A DNA stretch of 64,000 nt from Paraspadella gotoi (lineage: Eukaryota > Animalia > Chaetognatha). Positions 59,573 through 64,000 of this stretch are shown here, one piece after another. The DNA lies in NCBI GenBank assembly GCA_051294375.1, contig CM119268.1, positions 22,628,580-22,692,579 of the forward strand. The letters run 5' to 3'. Position 1 is the stretch's first letter, and each line of letters begins with the position of its first letter. Below the pieces are notes generated by a model. That model was not told the origin of the DNA and searched no databases. It saw only the letters and a program-made list of their open reading frames with translations. A program made the translations under genes and the position numbers.

Positions 59573-62500
59573 CTGAAATATAAAAAAAATATATATATAT
59601 ATATATATATATATGAATGTAGACGAGAATCTCGCTTAAAAAAAAATTCAAAATTTTTCTAATAGAGAATTCCGTTCAAATCTGACTACCCAAATTGCAA
59701 ACGCGTTTGCCAGAAATTCGGTTAAAAAAACATTTGTAAAAATGCACGATTCCGAGAGCGTTACATCTGAAGAGCTTGTCCTATTCGTTTTATGGCATTT
59801 GATAAAGGATTTAATATCAAACAAGCCAGGGGAAATGCACTACTCATCTCCGGAGCATTATCAAAACCTCATTTTTACTATAGAAATGAAAGGGAAAGTT
59901 TACAAACTTAAAATTGCAAACAGGATTGCTATATGTTCCTGTTACATGAGCGACTTCGAATTTTGCGATTCTGATAGCTTTGTGTCTGAAGAGCTTGTCC
60001 TATTTTTCTTTTTTATTTTATAATGATTTTGACATAAAATGATCAGGTTTAAATGAAATAGTCCGGTTTGAATTGCGAAATTTTTATTTAAAAAGAAATT
60101 AAAAGGAAGGTTGAGAAAAAAACTGATTTTTCCTAATATCTTTTTGAAGGAATAAAGATAAAGGGATGGCAATAGTACAAAATGAAGCCATAATCATAGG
60201 GCACATGCAAGATACAATTTTAGAATTACTTATGCTGAAACCTCCTTACAAGGTGAGTGTCAAACTAAGTCAAAATTATAATGAATTTTAAAACTGACAC
60301 CCCATAAGAATAAATGAAATTTAATTCTTTTTAATGATTCTGAAAGAAAAAAGGCTAAATTGTACTCTAGTAAAACTTCAAAGTTTTTGGATAAAGAAAA
60401 TTTGAATTTTTTGTCACTTAAATATTTGCTTGTCTGATTTTACAAGCATGCTTACAAAATTCTACAAAATATTATTTACCCCATCACAGCCTAAGTATTT
60501 ATCCTTCTTTTCCACCAGCAAAAAGTAAACATTATCTTATTGAAGAGAACAGGGATGTTTACTGAAAGGAGCCGGAAGCCATTCAACTTCTTCACTTTGA
60601 TGTTATTTTTTAATTATTTAACTCTCACAGGCTTCATAAGATATTACACTTTCATAATATCCCAATGTTAATGTAATTTATTATATTTTTTTACCCAGAA
60701 ATCATAAAATAACAGAAAGTTGTGGATTCCCTTCGCTCGTTTAAGAAAAAAAAAATTAACTAGCGGAATTATAAGTATGTAAGTAGACGAGAATCTCGCT
60801 TAAAAAAAAATTCAACATTTTTCTAATAGAGAATTCCGTTCAAATCTGACTACCCAAATTGCAAACGCATTTGCCAGAAATTCGGTAAAAAACACTTGTA
60901 AAAACGCACGATTCCGAGAGTGTTACATCTGAAGAGCTTGTCCTATTCGTTTTATGGCATTTGATAAAGGATTTAATATCAAACAAGCCAGGGGAAATGC
61001 ACTACTCATCTCCGAGAATTTTAAACCTCATTTTTACTATAGAAATGAAAGGGAAAGTTTACAAACTTAAAATTGCAAACGGGATTGCTATATGTTCCTG
61101 TTACATGAGCGACTTCAATTTCGCGATTCTGATAGCTTTATGTCTGAAGAGCTTGTCCTATTTTTCTTTTTTATTTTATAATGATTTGACATAAAATGAT
61201 CAGGTTTAAATGAAATAGTCCGGTTTGAATCGCGAAATTTTTATTTAAAAAGAAATTAAAAGGAAGGTTGAGAAAAAAACTGATTTTTCCTAATATCTTT
61301 TGAAGGAATAAAGATAAAGGGATGGTAATAGTACCAAAATGAAGCCATAATCATAGGGCACATACAAGATACAATTTTATAATTACTTATGCTGAAACCT
61401 CCTTACAGGTGAGTGTCAAACTAAGTCAAAATTATAATGAATTTTAAAACTAATGACACCCATAAGAATAATGAAAATTTAATCTTATTAATGATTCTGA
61501 AAGAAAAAAGGCTAAATTGTACTCTAGTAAAACTTAAAGTTTTTTGGATAAAGAAAATGTGAATTTTTTGTCACTTAAATATTTGCTTGTCTGATTTACA
61601 AGCATGCTTACAAAATCCTACAAAATATTATTCACCCATCACAGCCTAAGTATTTATCTTCTTTTCCACCAGCAAAAAGTAAACATATTTATTGAGAACA
61701 GATGTTACGAATAGCCGGAGCACAACTCTATGTCATTCAAAATAAAATAGAATTTAATTATTTAACTCTCACAGGCTTCACAAGACATTATAACTTTCAT
61801 AATATCCCAATGTTAATGTAATTTATTATATTTTTTACCCAGAAATCATAAAATAACAGAAATGTGGATTCCCTTCGCCGTTAAGAAAAAAAATAACCTA
61901 GCGGAATTATAAGTTTGTAGAGGAAGTCAGAATCGCGAAATCTTAAATGGCGAGAATGTGAAAAAAAGGGGTGGAATTTTTGGGTTTCTAAGATTTTTCC
62001 ACAATGTGAGGTCCGATTAAAGCGAAACTTGAGATTTACAATATTCCCGTCATTCCACATCTATCGTAAAAAATATAAAAAAAAGTTACTGGTCTTTTCT
62101 ATAGCGGCTTCCTAATGTAAGAGGAAGTCAGATCGGCGAAAATCTTAAAAGGCGAGAATTTTGAAAAAAAGGGGTGGAATTTGATGGGTTTCCTAAGATT
62201 TCTCCACAATGTGAGGTCCGATTAAAGCAAAACTTGAGATTTACAATATTCCCATCATTCCACATCTATCGATATAAAAATATAAGAAAAAAGTCAATGG
62301 CTTCTTTTTCTATAGCGGCTTCTCATGAATGAATTAAACGATTTAAGAGAACAATGTCAGTCAGGCCTTGAATCAACAAAAAAAAAAGATCGTTATGAAG
62401 CCTAACTCTGGGCCATAGCGTTTGCCTAAGAGAAGAAAAGGTTGTATACAACTATACATATAAGATAACTGTTTAATTAATGCTTTGTATAAACCGTCTG

Positions 62501-63488
62501 AAGAAGTACTTATGAAATTGTTTTATGACACAATGAAAAATAACGTGGCGAACGGTCTCGTGCTGATTTTGTCTTTTTAAAATTGTTTCTGAGCCAAATT
62601 AATTGATCATTACTTTTGGTAATATGTGCGATATACACTACTGAACATTACTGTATCTGACCATAAACCTTGACCATCAACAAAAAAGCTAACTAGATCA
62701 AAAATAGTAAAAAAGATGAAGCAATATAGCTCGAAACGCTTACAAAATTTTAGACCATTGCTTTTATAAATGCAAAAAAAATATTAATATTATTAAAACA
62801 AAACTTTAACGATAACCTAATAGTTAACCGAGACCAAGATGAATATTTTTTACCCATCATTTCTTCAATTTATATGAATCATTTGTTTGTAATTAGTCAA
62901 TTAATCTAAATAACAATATGACAAATTCATTTTCAATTTTCTTTATGAATGGGAAGTTTTCTCTACTTCCCTTGTGTCTCATTATTTAATATTTTAAAGG
63001 TATTTTCAAAAACCTTATATAATTATTATATTTTTCAATTTTTTTAAATTCTTTCAAACAAAAACAACATCATAAAGACATTTTAAATTAATAAAAAAAA
63101 GTTGATTGAATAATTTTGGAAAAAAATATTTTGAAACTTGAGAATAATGAATTATGAGTCAGGAAAAAAATTTGCAATTCTAAAAAAAATCAGCCTCGAG
63201 CCTTTCGATTTTTTTTAGAGGCTGATTTTTTTATTTTTTTGATATTTTGATTTTCTATGCAAAACCATTATTCTCAATGAGCATAGGTTGGATGAAATTT
63301 TTTTTCCAACAATTGAAAAAATTTTAACTTTTCTAATTAGGCTTTTTTGGGGAAATAAATAAATAAATTATTATACGATGGGTACATCTAAAAGTGATGT
63401 CTCTAAATGACAAAAAAATTTTCTCAAGTTTTATTTTAGTAGAAATAAGTTTGAGTTATTTGCAACAACGATTTTATTAGTACATAAG

Positions 63489-63531
63489 GACGTACATGTT
63501 TCGGCTTTAGTTACAAGCCTTCTTCAGCGTC
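63489..63531 (-). ncRNA. minimal type I hammerhead ribozyme, fully intact copy
   Basis: GACG-CTGAAGA-A-GGCTT-GTAACTA-AAGCC-GAAAC-AT-GTA-CGTC. Confidence 0.8.
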
Positions 63532-63577
63532 ATAGAGAAAAATTGTTTTGTGAACTTTTACAAATTGTTTGTGCAAA

Positions 63578-63617
<40 letters not shown>

Positions 63618-63642
63618 NNNNNNNNNNNNNNNNNNNNNNNNN

Positions 63643-64000
63643 TCAAATCAGAAGACAAAAGTAAAAATGAACCTTTTTTTTTCTAAAAGTTATTTGCAAG
63701 CTTGAGAACTTTGGATCAGACTGTCGTCTGCCACTTCAAGCTTACTACCATTGACACCCATGGGGAGCGAAACCACATTAAAACCTCGGCGAGGTCAAAC
63801 CCGGCACTCACCTATAACGATCATAATGGAAAAGATTAGAGTCCCGACCAAACAAAAGATTAACTCCAACCATCTGTTGTAGAAGAAAATAAAGAGGAAT
63901 CCGAACGCACAAAAGACCAAAAAAACGGCGCACATGATCCCGAGCAACATCGTAAAATCGCACTTGGACTGAAATATAAAAAAAATATATATATATATAT
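63643..64000. repeat. third copy of ~47900-48260, including one TMBIM exon, after an N gap
   Basis: Essentially identical to ~59247-59605. Confidence 0.9.

Larger units (their letters stand above)
56171..63617 (+). repeat. direct near-identical copy of ~44950-52305
   Basis: Collinear throughout; differences are mostly 1-nt homopolymer indels; ends at an N gap. Confidence 0.95.

Noticed and set aside
59742-60023. 93-aa ORF in the tandem repeat
   Set aside because: Frame is not preserved in sibling copies and there is no recognisable domain.

Overview
Eukaryotic, most likely invertebrate animal, genomic DNA with GC-rich exons, short spliceosomal introns, AT-rich spacers and abundant (GA)n microsatellites. 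The left half is a dense run of co-oriented minus-strand genes: Fer/Fes tyrosine kinase, a divergent PSMG1/PAC1-like gene, INTS6, RTF1, a small hypothetical gene and SMG9. These are followed on the plus strand by a Lark/RBM4-like gene (3 RRMs + 2 CCHC knuckles) and PSMC6/Rpt4. The large PSMC6 intron hosts an antisense nested gene (signal peptide, coiled coil, F5/8C-like domain). The right half holds an SSUH2-like gene, the last exons of a TMBIM/Lifeguard gene, several TIR/fold-back MITEs, and Penelope-like retroelement (PLE) remnants carrying minimal hammerhead ribozymes. About 42.4-52.3 kb is present again at about 53.6-63.6 kb, partly inverted and next to N gaps; this may be an assembly artefact. 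All calls come from manual reading and recalled family motifs; no searches were run, and exon boundaries are hand-derived.
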